A stretch of 64,000 nt of DNA, taken from an uncultured Gemmatimonadales bacterium (GTDB lineage Bacteria > Gemmatimonadota > Gemmatimonadetes > Gemmatimonadales > Gemmatimonadaceae). The notes under the pieces are model-generated. The model ran no database searches, was not told the origin of the DNA, and saw only the letters and a program-made list of their open reading frames with translations. The stretch is taken from the NCBI GenBank assembly GCA_963793305.1, contig CAWBZV010000003.1, forward strand, positions 64,001 to 128,000, in the 5' to 3' direction. Positions 50,861 through 61,528 of the stretch are shown piece after piece (position 1 is the stretch's first letter; each line of letters starts with the position of its first letter). The position numbers and the translations under genes are program-made.

Positions 50861-52753
50861 GTGGCCATGAACGCACCGTGTCGCACTATCCTGATCGGCG
50901 TCCTCGCCGCCGCACCGCTGCCGGCGCAGAGCGTCGCCGACTCATCGCCATTCCGGCCGCTCGGGCTCCCCACGCCGAACGAATACCGGACCGCGGCGGG
51001 CCGGCCTGGGTCGCGCTATTGGCAGCAGCGCGTCGACTATCGGATTCGCGCCACGCTCGATCCCGCGAACAACGAGGTGCGGGGGCGCGAGACCATCCAT
51101 TACGTCAATCGGTCGCCCGACGCACTGCCCTACCTCTGGATGTTCCTGGAACAGAACATTTGCGCGCCGTCGAGCATCACGAACGTGCTCGATCAGCCGC
51201 CGCTCGTGTTCCTCGGATCGACGTTCGACTTCTCGTGCCAAGGCTTCGCGGGCGGGCTCACGCTCGACTCGGTCCGGGTTGGCGGCAAGGACGCCCAGCG
51301 GTCGATCTACGGGACGACTATGCGGATCGATCTCGCCCGGCCCTTGGCTCCCGGCGACACTGTCAACTTGGATCTTGCGTGGTCCTTCCACGTGCCCGAG
51401 CAAGGAGCTGGCCGCATGGGACACGACGGGACTCTCTACGAGATCGCGCAGTGGTATCCGCGCATGGCCGTGTACGACGACGTGCATGGGTGGAACCATG
51501 AGCCGTACATCGGGGCCGGCGAGTTCTATCTCGAATACGGTCACTTCGACGCACTGATCACGGTGCCCGCGACATATATCGTGGCCGCGACCGGACGCCT
51601 CGTGGATCCCGACGTCGTGCTCACGGAACGGGAACGCATGCGCCTTCGGCGCGCGTTAGCCTCGGACACCGCGATCGCCGTGATCAGCAAGCAGGAGGCC
51701 GGCAATGTCGCACAGACGAGACCAACAGCCAATGGCACGCTGACCTGGCATTTCGTGGCCGACAGTGTGCGCGATCTAGCCTTCGCGGCCGCGCCGAACT
51801 TTCAATGGGATGCGAGTGGGTACCGCGGCATTCTGATTGAGACTCTCTACAGGCCATCCGCCGACAAGTGGGAAGAAGCGAACCGGATGGCCCGGGGAGC
51901 GATCCAGTATTTCAGCGAGCAGTGGTTCCCGTATCCCTACTCGCAGGCCACGACGATCGAGGGCCCGATCGAAGGCATGGAATACCCGATGCTGACGTTC
52001 GTGCCCAACAGCCCGAGCCGCGAGGAGCAGCAATGGGTTCTCGCGCACGAGTTCGGGCACGAGTGGTTCCCGATGGTCGTCGGGTCGAACGAGCGGCTCT
52101 ACCCGTGGATGGACGAGGGCTTCAACACGTTCATCGACCTCGGCAACGCCGCGAAATATTTCGCGGGCACGGCATATGGCGACACGATCGAGGTGCATTC
52201 GCTGCACCTCTATCCGGACCACGCGGTGCCGGGCGCCGAGCAGCCGATTATCACGAAGCCGACCGAGGTGCACGATCTCTTCTGGGGCGCGTACCAGAAA
52301 CCCGCGCTCATGATGCAAGAGCTCAGATACGAGGTGCTCGGCAAAGAGCGATTTGATCCCGCGTTCCGGGCATACATCCGGGCCTGGCAGTTCAAGCATC
52401 CGACACCCGCGGATTTCTTTCGCATGATGCGCGACGAGTCCGGCATGGACCTCGACTGGTTCTGGCGCGGGTGGATCTACACGACGGCCCGGCTCGACCA
52501 AGCGATCGATTCCGTCAGCGGGAGCAAAGTTTATCTTTCGAATCGTGGGACGATGATTATGCCGGCCGAGCTCGCCGTCACGTTCGAGGATGGGACACAG
52601 ACAGTGGCGCGATTGCCGATCGAGATGTGGAACCTGGGATCGCGATTCGCGTATCGCGTCCCTGGGACAAAGCGCGTGACCCGCGTAGAGCTCGACCCAC
52701 GCAAACACCTCCCGGATATCGACCGCCGCAATAACATCTGGCCGCGACCATGA
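50861..52753 (+). CDS. M1 family metallopeptidase
   Basis: YWQQRVDY, QWYPR, GMEYP, HEFGHEWF...WMDEG. Confidence 0.93.
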   Translation: MAMNAPCRTILIGVLAAAPLPAQSVADSSPFRPLGLPTPNEYRTAAGRPGSRYWQQRVDYRIRATLDPANNEVRGRETIHYVNRSPDALPYLWMFLEQNICAPSSITNVLDQPPLVFLGSTFDFSCQGFAGGLTLDSVRVGGKDAQRSIYGTTMRIDLARPLAPGDTVNLDLAWSFHVPEQGAGRMGHDGTLYEIAQWYPRMAVYDDVHGWNHEPYIGAGEFYLEYGHFDALITVPATYIVAATGRLVDPDVVLTERERMRLRRALASDTAIAVISKQEAGNVAQTRPTANGTLTWHFVADSVRDLAFAAAPNFQWDASGYRGILIETLYRPSADKWEEANRMARGAIQYFSEQWFPYPYSQATTIEGPIEGMEYPMLTFVPNSPSREEQQWVLAHEFGHEWFPMVVGSNERLYPWMDEGFNTFIDLGNAAKYFAGTAYGDTIEVHSLHLYPDHAVPGAEQPIITKPTEVHDLFWGAYQKPALMMQELRYEVLGKERFDPAFRAYIRAWQFKHPTPADFFRMMRDESGMDLDWFWRGWIYTTARLDQAIDSVSGSKVYLSNRGTMIMPAELAVTFEDGTQTVARLPIEMWNLGSRFAYRVPGTKRVTRVELDPRKHLPDIDRRNNIWPRP

Positions 52754-53055
52754 TCGTACGCGTCTGGCGCGGACGAGCCGCACTCGCGAATCCGTCCGGG
52801 TACCCTCGCCATTTCATCGACGTGGTGTTGCCGCAGCTGCAACGCCTCGAGGGATTCGCGGGCGCTACCCTGCTGCGCCAGCACCGCGCGCACGACATCG
52901 AGTACGTCGTCGAGACGCGCTGGACGTCACTGGACGCCGTCCGCGCGTTCGCCGGCGCGAACATCGACCGCGCGGTCGTTGAACCCGAAGGCCAGGCCGC
53001 TCTCATCGATTACGACCAGCGCGTCACGCACTACGACATCATCTACGATGGTTGA
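52750..53055 (+). CDS. antibiotic biosynthesis monooxygenase family protein
   Basis: MIVRVWRG, WTSLDAVRAFAG..AVVEP. Confidence 0.85.
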   Translation: MIVRVWRGRAALANPSGYPRHFIDVVLPQLQRLEGFAGATLLRQHRAHDIEYVVETRWTSLDAVRAFAGANIDRAVVEPEGQAALIDYDQRVTHYDIIYDG

Positions 53056-53618
53056 GCGCGATACATCGCGCGAAACTGCGCGATGTCCGCGTCGGGTAAC
53101 GCCCGCAACGTCGTGAAGATCTCGGCCGCGAACTCGACGGCGCCAAGACCCGAGGCCGAGATGATGCCGCGGTCGGCGACCGCGAGCGACGTATCGACAT
53201 ACATCGACGGCGTCTCGTAGTTCGGCGCGTAGTGCGAGAGAAAATCGCGGCCGTTGCTCGTATGCCGACGGTCGCGGAACAGGCCCACACGTGCCAGCGC
53301 GACGGTCGCCGCGCAGATCCCGGCCAAGGGAATCGAGTCGGTGGCGAGCCGTCGCAGGATGGGGTCCAGCCGATCAGCCGGGTATCCCTGCTCCCACATG
53401 TCGCCGCCCGGCAGGAGAAGGAGTTCCGGCGCGTCGAGATCTTCGAGGACTCGGTCCGGCGTGACGCGCAAGCCGCCCATCGACGTGACAGGGGACAGGT
53501 CGTACCCATACGTCGTTATCGACCGCTTCCCCCAGCGCCGAAGCCCGGTTAATGCATAGGAGGGCTCCCAGTCCGCAAACCCTTCGAAGACCAGAACTGC
53601 CGTACTCGGGCTCGTCAT
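53043..53618 (-). CDS. DJ-1/PfpI family protein
   Basis: FADWE, LLLPGG, AGICAA, HTSN. Confidence 0.9.
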   Translation of the reverse strand: MTSPSTAVLVFEGFADWEPSYALTGLRRWGKRSITTYGYDLSPVTSMGGLRVTPDRVLEDLDAPELLLLPGGDMWEQGYPADRLDPILRRLATDSIPLAGICAATVALARVGLFRDRRHTSNGRDFLSHYAPNYETPSMYVDTSLAVADRGIISASGLGAVEFAAEIFTTLRALPDADIAQFRAMYRAQPS

Positions 53619-53633
53619 GTGTATGTTTGGGTC

Positions 53634-53816
53634 ATGCGTGACCGGGTGAACCTGGAGTATAGCCTGCGAGGCAGCCAGATCTTTGTGACGTATCCGCCGA
53701 GTTACACCGGCGGATTTCCGATCGGCGAGTATCCCGCGTGGTACGAGACGGACCCACCCAACGAGATCACCCGCGAACGCGTGGCGATCTGGCGTGAGTT
53801 GAGGAGCCAGCTATGA
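53634..53816 (+). CDS. small hypothetical protein
   Basis: Fills the intergenic gap; ATGA overlap with the next gene; TATGTT 6 nt upstream of the ATG. Confidence 0.5.
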   Translation: MRDRVNLEYSLRGSQIFVTYPPSYTGGFPIGEYPAWYETDPPNEITRERVAIWRELRSQL

Positions 53817-55843
53817 AAGTTGTGTTCTCGATGGCCATCGCCCTCGCGGTGCTCAGTGTCGCCGCGGCCGCGCAGGATCAAGATCCACCGACCCGCGCCG
53901 GCCGGCTCGGCTACATCTCGGGCACCGTCTCGCTCCGGCCCGCGGGCGACACGGAGTGGGCCGCGGCCGTGCCGAACCGCGCGCTCACCACCGGTGATCG
54001 CGTCTGGGTCGACTCGAATGGCCGAGCCGAGGTACAGATCGGACAGACGCGGATCCGCTTGGCGGGCGGGACGGAGCTCGACATCGCCAACCTCGACGAC
54101 AACACGATTCAGGCGAGCGTCACGCAGGGCACGGCGACGGTCAGCGTGCGCCACTTGAACGATGGCGAGTCCGAAGAGTTCGACACGCCGAACGCCGCGA
54201 TCGGGATCGGCCAGGCCGGCGACTATCGCATCGACGTGTCGCCGGACGGCAGCCAGTCGACCGTGAAAGTGTGGGCGGGCCAAGTGGCCGTGACCGCGGC
54301 CGGCTCATCGTTCGATGTCAACGCGAAACAGGCCGCGACGGTGAACGGCACCGACGCGCCGACCTACGATGTGGTCGACATCGGTCCCGAAGACAGCTGG
54401 GATCAGTGGAGCGACGACCGCGACCATCGCGAAGAGGCCTCGGCCTCCTCGCGCTACGTCTCGGCCGACATCGCCGGGTACGACGATCTCGATGGGAACG
54501 GCGCGTGGCGCGACGATCCGACATACGGCGCGGTGTGGACGCCGACGACGGTCGTCGTGGGCTGGAGCCCGTATCACTACGGCCACTGGGTGTGGGAAGG
54601 ACCCTATGGATGGACGTGGGTCGATGACGCGCCATGGGGTTGGGCGCCGTTCCACTACGGCCGTTGGGTGTACGCCGAAGACCACTGGGGTTGGTGCCCG
54701 GGTCGCGTCTACGAGCGGCCGGTATGGGCGCCCGCGCTGGTCGCGTTCGTCGGCGGCCGCGGATGGAACGCCGGCGTGTCGTTCGGCGGCGGAGTCGGGG
54801 TCGGCTGGTTCCCGCTCGCGCCCGAGGAACCGTACTACCCCTCGTACCACGTGAGCAACACGTACGTCCGGAACGTGAACATCACGAACGTCACCAACGT
54901 GACGAATATCACGAACGTCACCAACGTCACGAACATCACCTACCGCAACCGCGAGGTGGCGGGCGCTGTGACGGTCGTTCCGGATAACGCGTTCCGGAAT
55001 GGTCAGCCAGTCTCGCGCTACGCCGTACGCGTCCCAGCGGGTGCGATTCAGCAGGCGCCGAGGCTCGGATCGGCCGCGCCATTCGTGCCGACGCGGCGCA
55101 GCATCGCGCCGATCGCGTCTCAGCATCGCCCGCCCGCCGCGATCAACAACCGGACCGTCGTCGCGGTGCGGCAACCACCCAGGGCACCGCCGCCGTTCGA
55201 CGAACAGGCGAAGCTGCTGGCCGCGCATCCCGGCCGTCCCGCCGCGGCGTCCGAGCTCGCGACGATCAAGCGGCCAGCCGAGCCGGTGGTTGCGGTGCGG
55301 CCCGCCAATCAACCAGTGAGACCAGGCGTGACGCTCAAGCCCGCGCGTCCGGCCGTAGCGGCGGCGCCAGCACCGAATGCTCCGAAGCCGAACGTGGCGG
55401 GGCCGCCGGTCGCGAAGGCGGTGCCGCATCCGGGTTACGTCGCCACGCCGGTACCGCATCCTACACCGTCGCAACCGCGCGCACCGGTGGCCGAGCCCAC
55501 GCGTGGTCCGGCAACCGCGACACGCGTTCCACAGCCGGCACCGCGGCCGACGATCTCGTCAGCGCCGGCTCCGCATCCGAACCTCGCGACGCAGTATACG
55601 CAGCAGCGGAACGACATGGAGAACCGGCACGCACAAGAAGCCGCGAATCCACCAGCAAACGTGCAGCCGCAGGCGCTCGCGAAACAGCAGGCGACCGAGC
55701 ATCGCACCCTCGACAATAACTACGTGCAGGCGCGTAGCAGTGGTGCGAAGTCGATGCCGGCGCCGCCGCCGCGTCCCGCGGCACCAGCACCTCGTCCGGC
55801 AGCACCGCCACCGCGTGCCGCACCGGCGCCGAAGAAGCACTAG
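53813..55843 (+). CDS. DUF6600/FecR-like domain protein with Pro-rich tail
   Basis: DPPTRAGRL, GDRVW, WSPYHYGHW..YGWTWV..PWGWAPFHYGRW, GWFPLAP. Confidence 0.88.
   Translation: MKVVFSMAIALAVLSVAAAAQDQDPPTRAGRLGYISGTVSLRPAGDTEWAAAVPNRALTTGDRVWVDSNGRAEVQIGQTRIRLAGGTELDIANLDDNTIQASVTQGTATVSVRHLNDGESEEFDTPNAAIGIGQAGDYRIDVSPDGSQSTVKVWAGQVAVTAAGSSFDVNAKQAATVNGTDAPTYDVVDIGPEDSWDQWSDDRDHREEASASSRYVSADIAGYDDLDGNGAWRDDPTYGAVWTPTTVVVGWSPYHYGHWVWEGPYGWTWVDDAPWGWAPFHYGRWVYAEDHWGWCPGRVYERPVWAPALVAFVGGRGWNAGVSFGGGVGVGWFPLAPEEPYYPSYHVSNTYVRNVNITNVTNVTNITNVTNVTNITYRNREVAGAVTVVPDNAFRNGQPVSRYAVRVPAGAIQQAPRLGSAAPFVPTRRSIAPIASQHRPPAAINNRTVVAVRQPPRAPPPFDEQAKLLAAHPGRPAAASELATIKRPAEPVVAVRPANQPVRPGVTLKPARPAVAAAPAPNAPKPNVAGPPVAKAVPHPGYVATPVPHPTPSQPRAPVAEPTRGPATATRVPQPAPRPTISSAPAPHPNLATQYTQQRNDMENRHAQEAANPPANVQPQALAKQQATEHRTLDNNYVQARSSGAKSMPAPPPRPAAPAPRPAAPPPRAAPAPKKH
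54872..54940 (+). repeat. coding tandem repeat (N[VI]T)n
   Basis: 9-bp period encoding NVNITNVTNVTNITNVTNVTNIT. Confidence 0.8.
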
Positions 55844-55880
55844 CACGCAACGTCCGGATAGTCTCGACCGTAGGTAACAG

Positions 55881-57246
55881 ATGAAGCTCTGGTACTTTGC
55901 GACAGTCGGCGTTGTGGGGATCGCCAATGCGCAACAGACCCCCACGGCGCCGACTCCAGGCCTGACGGCGCGGGCGATGGCGGATACGTTGCCGCCCGAT
56001 ACGACTTTCAAATACGCGGCGATGCTGACGATAGATCAGGTCGTCGCCAACGCACTACGCTATAGTCCGGCGGTCGCACAAGCCCGTGGCGCTGTGCACT
56101 CGGGACTCTCCAGCCAGCGCGTCGCCTACGGGGCGTTCTTGCCGAACGTCGTGTTCAATGCCAATGCGCTCCAACAGGACGCGAAGAGTACGCCGGCCGC
56201 TCTCACCGGTACCGGCTTGGGCAATACGTACGCGCCGAACGCGTACTGGGCTGGGTTCTCGGCGTCCTACGATGTCTTCACCGGCGGCCGGCGGCCCGCC
56301 GAGATCGCCGCGGCGAAAGCGACGACCCACGCCGCGGATGCCGCGCTGACTGAGCAGAAGTACGGCACGGCGCTGACGGCCGAGCAGCAGGCGTATGGCG
56401 TACTCCGCGGCCACGACCTCGTACAGGTGTCGTACACGCGGATCGAAAACGCCGTGCGCGCGCTCGACTATGCATCGGCGAACTTGCGCGCCGGCACCGC
56501 GACGCGCGCCGACGTGCTCCAAGCCCAACTCGCGGTCGAGCAAGCGCGCCAACAGAATGATCGCCTCCGAGGACTCGCTGTCGACGTACTCGTACGGCCT
56601 CGGTCGCCTCGTTGGTGTCGACGGCGCGGTGGGCGTGACGGGCGTGGACTCGGCCATCGACTTCCGCCTCGCGCTCGCCGACTCGCAGATCATCGCACTC
56701 GCCATCTCACAGGCGCCCGCGGTGACCGCGGCCGACCAGAGCGCGCGGTCCCAGCGCGCGTTCTTCGACGCCGCGCGCACCGAGTATCTCCCGACGATTA
56801 CCCTCTCGGGCGGCTACAACTGGGCCAACACGTCGCTCAACATCAACGCGACGCGCCCCGGGTGGCTCGTCCAGCTGGGGACGGCGTTCCCGTTGTTCAA
56901 CGGGTTCGTGCGGGAGAACGACGTCGAACAGGCCTCGATCAACATGGACGTCGCGCGGTCGACGGCGTCGGACACCCACCGGTTCGCGCTGAGTCAGGCC
57001 CAAGCGCTCCTCGCCAATTTGCGGTTGGCCGAGGAGAGCATTCAGTCGGCGGAGGTGGAGGTCGCGACGGGCGAGGAGAACCTGCGCGTGATGTTCGCGC
57101 GCTATCGGAATGGCGTCGCGACCTTCCTCGATCTGACGACCGCGCAACTCAACGAGGCCCAGGCACGGACGGACCTCGTGACCGCGCGCTACAACTATTT
57201 TATCACTCGCGTATCGCTCGAGGCGCTGTTGGGTCGGTCGCTGTAG
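55881..57246 (+). CDS. TolC family outer membrane protein, frameshift near 56557
   Basis: AFLP, YDVFTGG, GTATRADV in the first frame; YLPTI, PLFNG, RYRNGVAT..LEALLGRSL in the second. Confidence 0.88.
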
Positions 57247-58373
57247 TTGACCACACGGAGGCGCGCGCCCTCGATCACGTCGTCGGACGGGTTGACCACC
57301 ACCGTCGCGCCCTCCGTGACGCCATCGGTCAGCTCGACTTCGCCGCCGTAGTCCCGGCCGAGCGTGATCGGCGAGAAGTGGGCGGTGCTGTCCGCACGCA
57401 CTTCGACGACTTGCGGACCATCGGACCGCGTGACGAGCGCGTTGGCCGTCACGAGGAGTGGCGCCGCACTTCTATCGATCTGAAAATGGACGTCCGCGTA
57501 GAGGCCGGGCACCAAGGCACCGTCGGTATTCAGTATCCGTACCTCGACTAAGAGCGTCCGCGAGGCCGGATCCAGTGCCTCCGACGTGCGGCTCACGGTC
57601 CCCGTAAATGTTCTTCCCAGGCGCTCGGCCACACTGACCGCGGCATGCTGTCCGACCACGATCGCTGAGCTCACGGACTGGGGAACGTTGACCAGCAGTC
57701 GTACGGTGTCGATCTGCGCCAACGTGTAGAGCCCGCGCCCGATGCCGCTGGTCGCCGGGCCAGCGCCTGCTGGCGATACGTACTGACCGACGTCGAGCGA
57801 GCGCGACGTGACGACGCCGGAGAATGGCGCGGCGATATACGAGAATTGTTGCAGTGCGGAGAGCCTACGGACGTCGGCTTCGTCGGCCATCACGGCCGCG
57901 TTGGCGTCGTCAAACGCCGCCTGGTGCTCGTCCAGCTCGAGCTTCGACACCGCGCTATCGCGCACGAGGTCTTTCCACCGAACGAGATTCGTCCGGTTGA
58001 GCAGCAACGTGGCCTGCGCACGCGCGAGCGTCGCACGAGCCGCCTCGAGTTGCTGATCGACCTCGGGCGTCGAGATCTGGGCCATGATCTGGCCGGATCT
58101 GACATGGGCGCCCATGTCGACCGTCCACCGCTTCACGTAGCCGGCCGTCTGCGCGTACACGGAGGCCTCGTGCAATGCCTCGACGGTGCCGGGGAGGGCC
58201 AGGTCAGACGATGCGGCGGCGCGGTGCACGGTCGCGACCAGGACGCCGACCGCGCTGGTACTGCGCGCTGACGCCGCGGCGGCGAGCCGGCGGGCGCGGG
58301 CGACGCGGGGCAGCCCGCCCACGAGCAGCGCCACCGCGACGAGGATGATGATGGAGATGGTGCGGACTTTCAT
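57195..58373 (-). CDS. RND efflux membrane fusion protein
   Basis: GYVKRWTVDMG, IAAPFSGVVT, LDPASRTL, LVPGLY. Confidence 0.92.
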   Translation of the reverse strand: MKVRTISIIILVAVALLVGGLPRVARARRLAAAASARSTSAVGVLVATVHRAAASSDLALPGTVEALHEASVYAQTAGYVKRWTVDMGAHVRSGQIMAQISTPEVDQQLEAARATLARAQATLLLNRTNLVRWKDLVRDSAVSKLELDEHQAAFDDANAAVMADEADVRRLSALQQFSYIAAPFSGVVTSRSLDVGQYVSPAGAGPATSGIGRGLYTLAQIDTVRLLVNVPQSVSSAIVVGQHAAVSVAERLGRTFTGTVSRTSEALDPASRTLLVEVRILNTDGALVPGLYADVHFQIDRSAAPLLVTANALVTRSDGPQVVEVRADSTAHFSPITLGRDYGGEVELTDGVTEGATVVVNPSDDVIEGARLRVVNYSDRPNSASSDTRVIK

Positions 58374-61300
58374 TATCGATCGACTCCGGCCAGAGACACA
58401 TCTCCGGTGTCGCGCGGCGCAACCCGCCCGCGAATGGATGCATAGACGACCGGAACGAAGAATAGCGTCGCGAAGGTCGCGACCAGAAGCCCACCGATGA
58501 CGGCTCGGCCCAGCGGCGCGTTCTGCTCGCCACCTTCGCCGAGGCCCAATGCCATGGGGAGCATGCCGATGATCATGGCGAGTGCCGTCATGAGCACCGG
58601 CCGGATGCGCTCGTGTCCTGCCTCGAGCGCGGCTTCCTCAGCCGTGCGTCCGAGGCCGCGCTGGTCGTTGGCGAACGTCACCATCAATACCGAGTTCGCC
58701 GTGGCGACGCCCATGGCCATGATCGCACCCATGAGCGACGGCACGCTGAACGAGGTCTGCGTCAGATAGAGCGACCACACGATTCCCGCCAGCGCGCCAG
58801 GGAGCGCCATGACGATGATCAAGGGGTCGGTCCAGGACTGGAAGTTGACGACCATCAGCAGGTACACGAGCACGATCGCGAACACGAGTCCGGCCTCGAG
58901 GCCAAAGAACGACGACCGCATGCTCTCGACCTGTCCACGCACGACGACCGTTGTCCCGCGCGGCAGGCTTTTTCTGGCCGTCGCGACGACGCGATCGACA
59001 TCGGTGGCCACGCCGCCCAGATCGCGTCCCGAGACATTGGCATCGACGTCGAACACCGGCTGGATGTTGTAGTGCGTGATCACGGCCAGCGTGTTGCGTC
59101 GCGTCACCTGCGAGAGATTCGTGAGCAGCTGCGGTTGGTCCGTCCCCGAGTGGATCGGCGTCCGCTCCAAGTCGGCCATGTCCGTGACGCGGTACTGCGG
59201 CGTCTGCACGACGAGCGGATAGTTGATGCCATTCGCCGGGTTGAGCCAGTAGTTCGGCGCGACCTGCACATTTGATGACAGCGTCACCAGCATGTCGTTG
59301 GCCACATTGCGCTGCGTGAGGCCGATCTCCTGGGCTTTCGTGCGGTCGACGTTGATCAAGAGATCGGGCGCATTGACGACCTGTAAGAGGTGGACGTCGG
59401 CCGTGCCCGGGATGGCGGTCAACTGGTGTACCAGGCCTTTGGCGATCTCGAAGTTCTGCGCCCGGCTCCGGCCGACGACTTGCACGTCGATCGGTGCCGC
59501 CAGCCCGAAGTTGAGCGTCTGCCCCACGATGTCGGCGGGCTGGAAGAAGAACGTCACGCCGGGGAAGTCACGATTGAGCGTCGTGCGCATCGAGTCGACG
59601 TAGTCGGGGGTCTTGCCTCGGCGATCGTCGGTCAGCGAGATCAAGACCTCGCCATTGGTTGCGCCGATCGTGGGGTTATCGCTATAGGCGAGATTGAGGC
59701 CGAGCCCGCCGATGCCGATGTTGTCGACAATGACATCGAGATCGTGCGGGGGGATCACGCGGCGGATCTCGCGCTCGACGCCGGCGAGGAGCTGCTCCGT
59801 CTCCTCGATGCGGGTCCCGGCCGGCGCCCTGACATGCAGCCGTATCTGACCCGCGTCGACGGCCGGAAAGAAATCCTGCCCGATAAATGGCACCAAGAGG
59901 AAGCTCGCCAATACCCCACCCAAGAACAGCGCCGTCGTCCGCTTGCGCTGGCCCATGATGCGGGTGAGCGCGCGATCATACGCGCCTCGGAAGCTTTCGA
60001 ACCCACGCTCGAAGCGCCGAAAGAACGCGGGTGCCGGGCGTCCATGCTCAGCCTGCAGCGCATACTTGACCAGCGTTGGCACCAATGTCCGCGACAGGAG
60101 GTACGACGCCAGCATCGCGAAAATCACGGCTTCGGCCAATGGAGCGAACAGAAACCCGGCCACGCCGGTCAGCGATAAAATCGGGACGAAGACAATACAG
60201 ATGCAGAGCGTCGACACGAACGTGGGCACCGCGATCTGCACGGCGCCATCCAGAATGGCCTGCTCCAGATCTTTGCCCTGCGCGGCATTCCGGTGGATGT
60301 TCTCGATGGCGACCGTGGCGTCGTCCACCAGAATACCGACGGCCAGCGCGAACCCGCCCAGCGTCATACTGTTGATCGTCTGCCCCAATGCGCTCAGCGC
60401 GATGATGGACGAGAGAATGGCGAGCGGGATCGACACCGCGACGATCAGCGTGCTCCGCCAGCTGCCGAGGAACAACAAGATCATGAGCGCGGTGAGACAC
60501 GCCGCGATGATCGCTTCGCGAATGACGCCGTTGATCGCGGCCTTGACGAACAACGATTGATCGCCCAACGGGTCGGCCTTCAGCGATGCCGGCAACGTCG
60601 CCATGACCGACGGCAGCCGATCGCGAATGCGCTTCACGACGTCGAGCGTCGACGCCCCGCCGCCCTTGAGCACGGTGAGCAGCGCCCCGCGCTGGCCGTT
60701 GCGCCGCACGATGCTCGACTGCACGGCGTATCCGTCGTGCACCTGCGCCACGTCCCGCACGTAGATCGTTGCGCCATTGACTTGCTTGATCGGCAGGTCA
60801 TTGAGCTGCTGCAGGACGTTCGGGTTCGAGTTCAAGTGTACCTGGTACTCGCGCGTTCCCATCTTCGCCGTTCCCGCGGGCAGCACCAGGTTCTGGGCAT
60901 TGACGGCATTCGAGACATCGTTCGGCGATACCCCGTTGGCGTACATCTTCTGGGGATCGATGTCGACCATGATCTGCCGCACCTTGCCACCGTAGGGCAG
61001 CGGCAACTGCGCCCCTTGAACGGTCGCGAGCTGGGTGCGCATGAAATTGTACGCGTCGTCGTAAATCTCCTGCTCGGACAAAGACTGGCTGGAGAGCCCG
61101 AGCTGGAGCACCGGCACGTTCGACGCGTTGAAACGCACGATAAACGGCGGCTGCGTCCCCACCGGCGCGATGCGCAGAATCGTCTGCGAGATCGCCGTGA
61201 TCTGGGCGATCGCGCCGCTGATGTTGGTGCCCTGGTGGAAGAACACCTTCTCCACCCCGTACCCAGTCATGGACTGGGATTCCATGTGCTCGATGTTGTC

Positions 61301-61525
61301 GACGGTCGTCGTCATCCCGCGCTCGTGCGGCGTGATGATGCGACTCTCCATGTCTTCCGGCGACAACCCCGCGTACGTCCAGATCACGGTGACAACCGGG
61401 ATGTCGATATTCGGGAAGATGTCGGTCGCCATCTTTCGCACGGAGACGATGCCGAAGATGAGGATCAGCATCGCGCCGACGACGAACGTGTACGGCCGCT
61501 TGAGGCCGAGTTGGACGAGCCACAT
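58373..61525 (-). CDS. RND efflux permease (AcrB/AcrD/AcrF family)
   Basis: DIFPNID, GILVDDATVAIENI, RIRPVLMT, PLGRAVIGG. Confidence 0.96.
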   Translation of the reverse strand: MWLVQLGLKRPYTFVVGAMLILIFGIVSVRKMATDIFPNIDIPVVTVIWTYAGLSPEDMESRIITPHERGMTTTVDNIEHMESQSMTGYGVEKVFFHQGTNISGAIAQITAISQTILRIAPVGTQPPFIVRFNASNVPVLQLGLSSQSLSEQEIYDDAYNFMRTQLATVQGAQLPLPYGGKVRQIMVDIDPQKMYANGVSPNDVSNAVNAQNLVLPAGTAKMGTREYQVHLNSNPNVLQQLNDLPIKQVNGATIYVRDVAQVHDGYAVQSSIVRRNGQRGALLTVLKGGGASTLDVVKRIRDRLPSVMATLPASLKADPLGDQSLFVKAAINGVIREAIIAACLTALMILLFLGSWRSTLIVAVSIPLAILSSIIALSALGQTINSMTLGGFALAVGILVDDATVAIENIHRNAAQGKDLEQAILDGAVQIAVPTFVSTLCICIVFVPILSLTGVAGFLFAPLAEAVIFAMLASYLLSRTLVPTLVKYALQAEHGRPAPAFFRRFERGFESFRGAYDRALTRIMGQRKRTTALFLGGVLASFLLVPFIGQDFFPAVDAGQIRLHVRAPAGTRIEETEQLLAGVEREIRRVIPPHDLDVIVDNIGIGGLGLNLAYSDNPTIGATNGEVLISLTDDRRGKTPDYVDSMRTTLNRDFPGVTFFFQPADIVGQTLNFGLAAPIDVQVVGRSRAQNFEIAKGLVHQLTAIPGTADVHLLQVVNAPDLLINVDRTKAQEIGLTQRNVANDMLVTLSSNVQVAPNYWLNPANGINYPLVVQTPQYRVTDMADLERTPIHSGTDQPQLLTNLSQVTRRNTLAVITHYNIQPVFDVDANVSGRDLGGVATDVDRVVATARKSLPRGTTVVVRGQVESMRSSFFGLEAGLVFAIVLVYLLMVVNFQSWTDPLIIVMALPGALAGIVWSLYLTQTSFSVPSLMGAIMAMGVATANSVLMVTFANDQRGLGRTAEEAALEAGHERIRPVLMTALAMIIGMLPMALGLGEGGEQNAPLGRAVIGGLLVATFATLFFVPVVYASIRGRVAPRDTGDVSLAGVDR

Positions 61526-61528
61526 GGG

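Noticed and set aside
54872..54940. CRISPR array
   Set aside because: Short in-frame coding repeat with no spacers; no cas genes in the window
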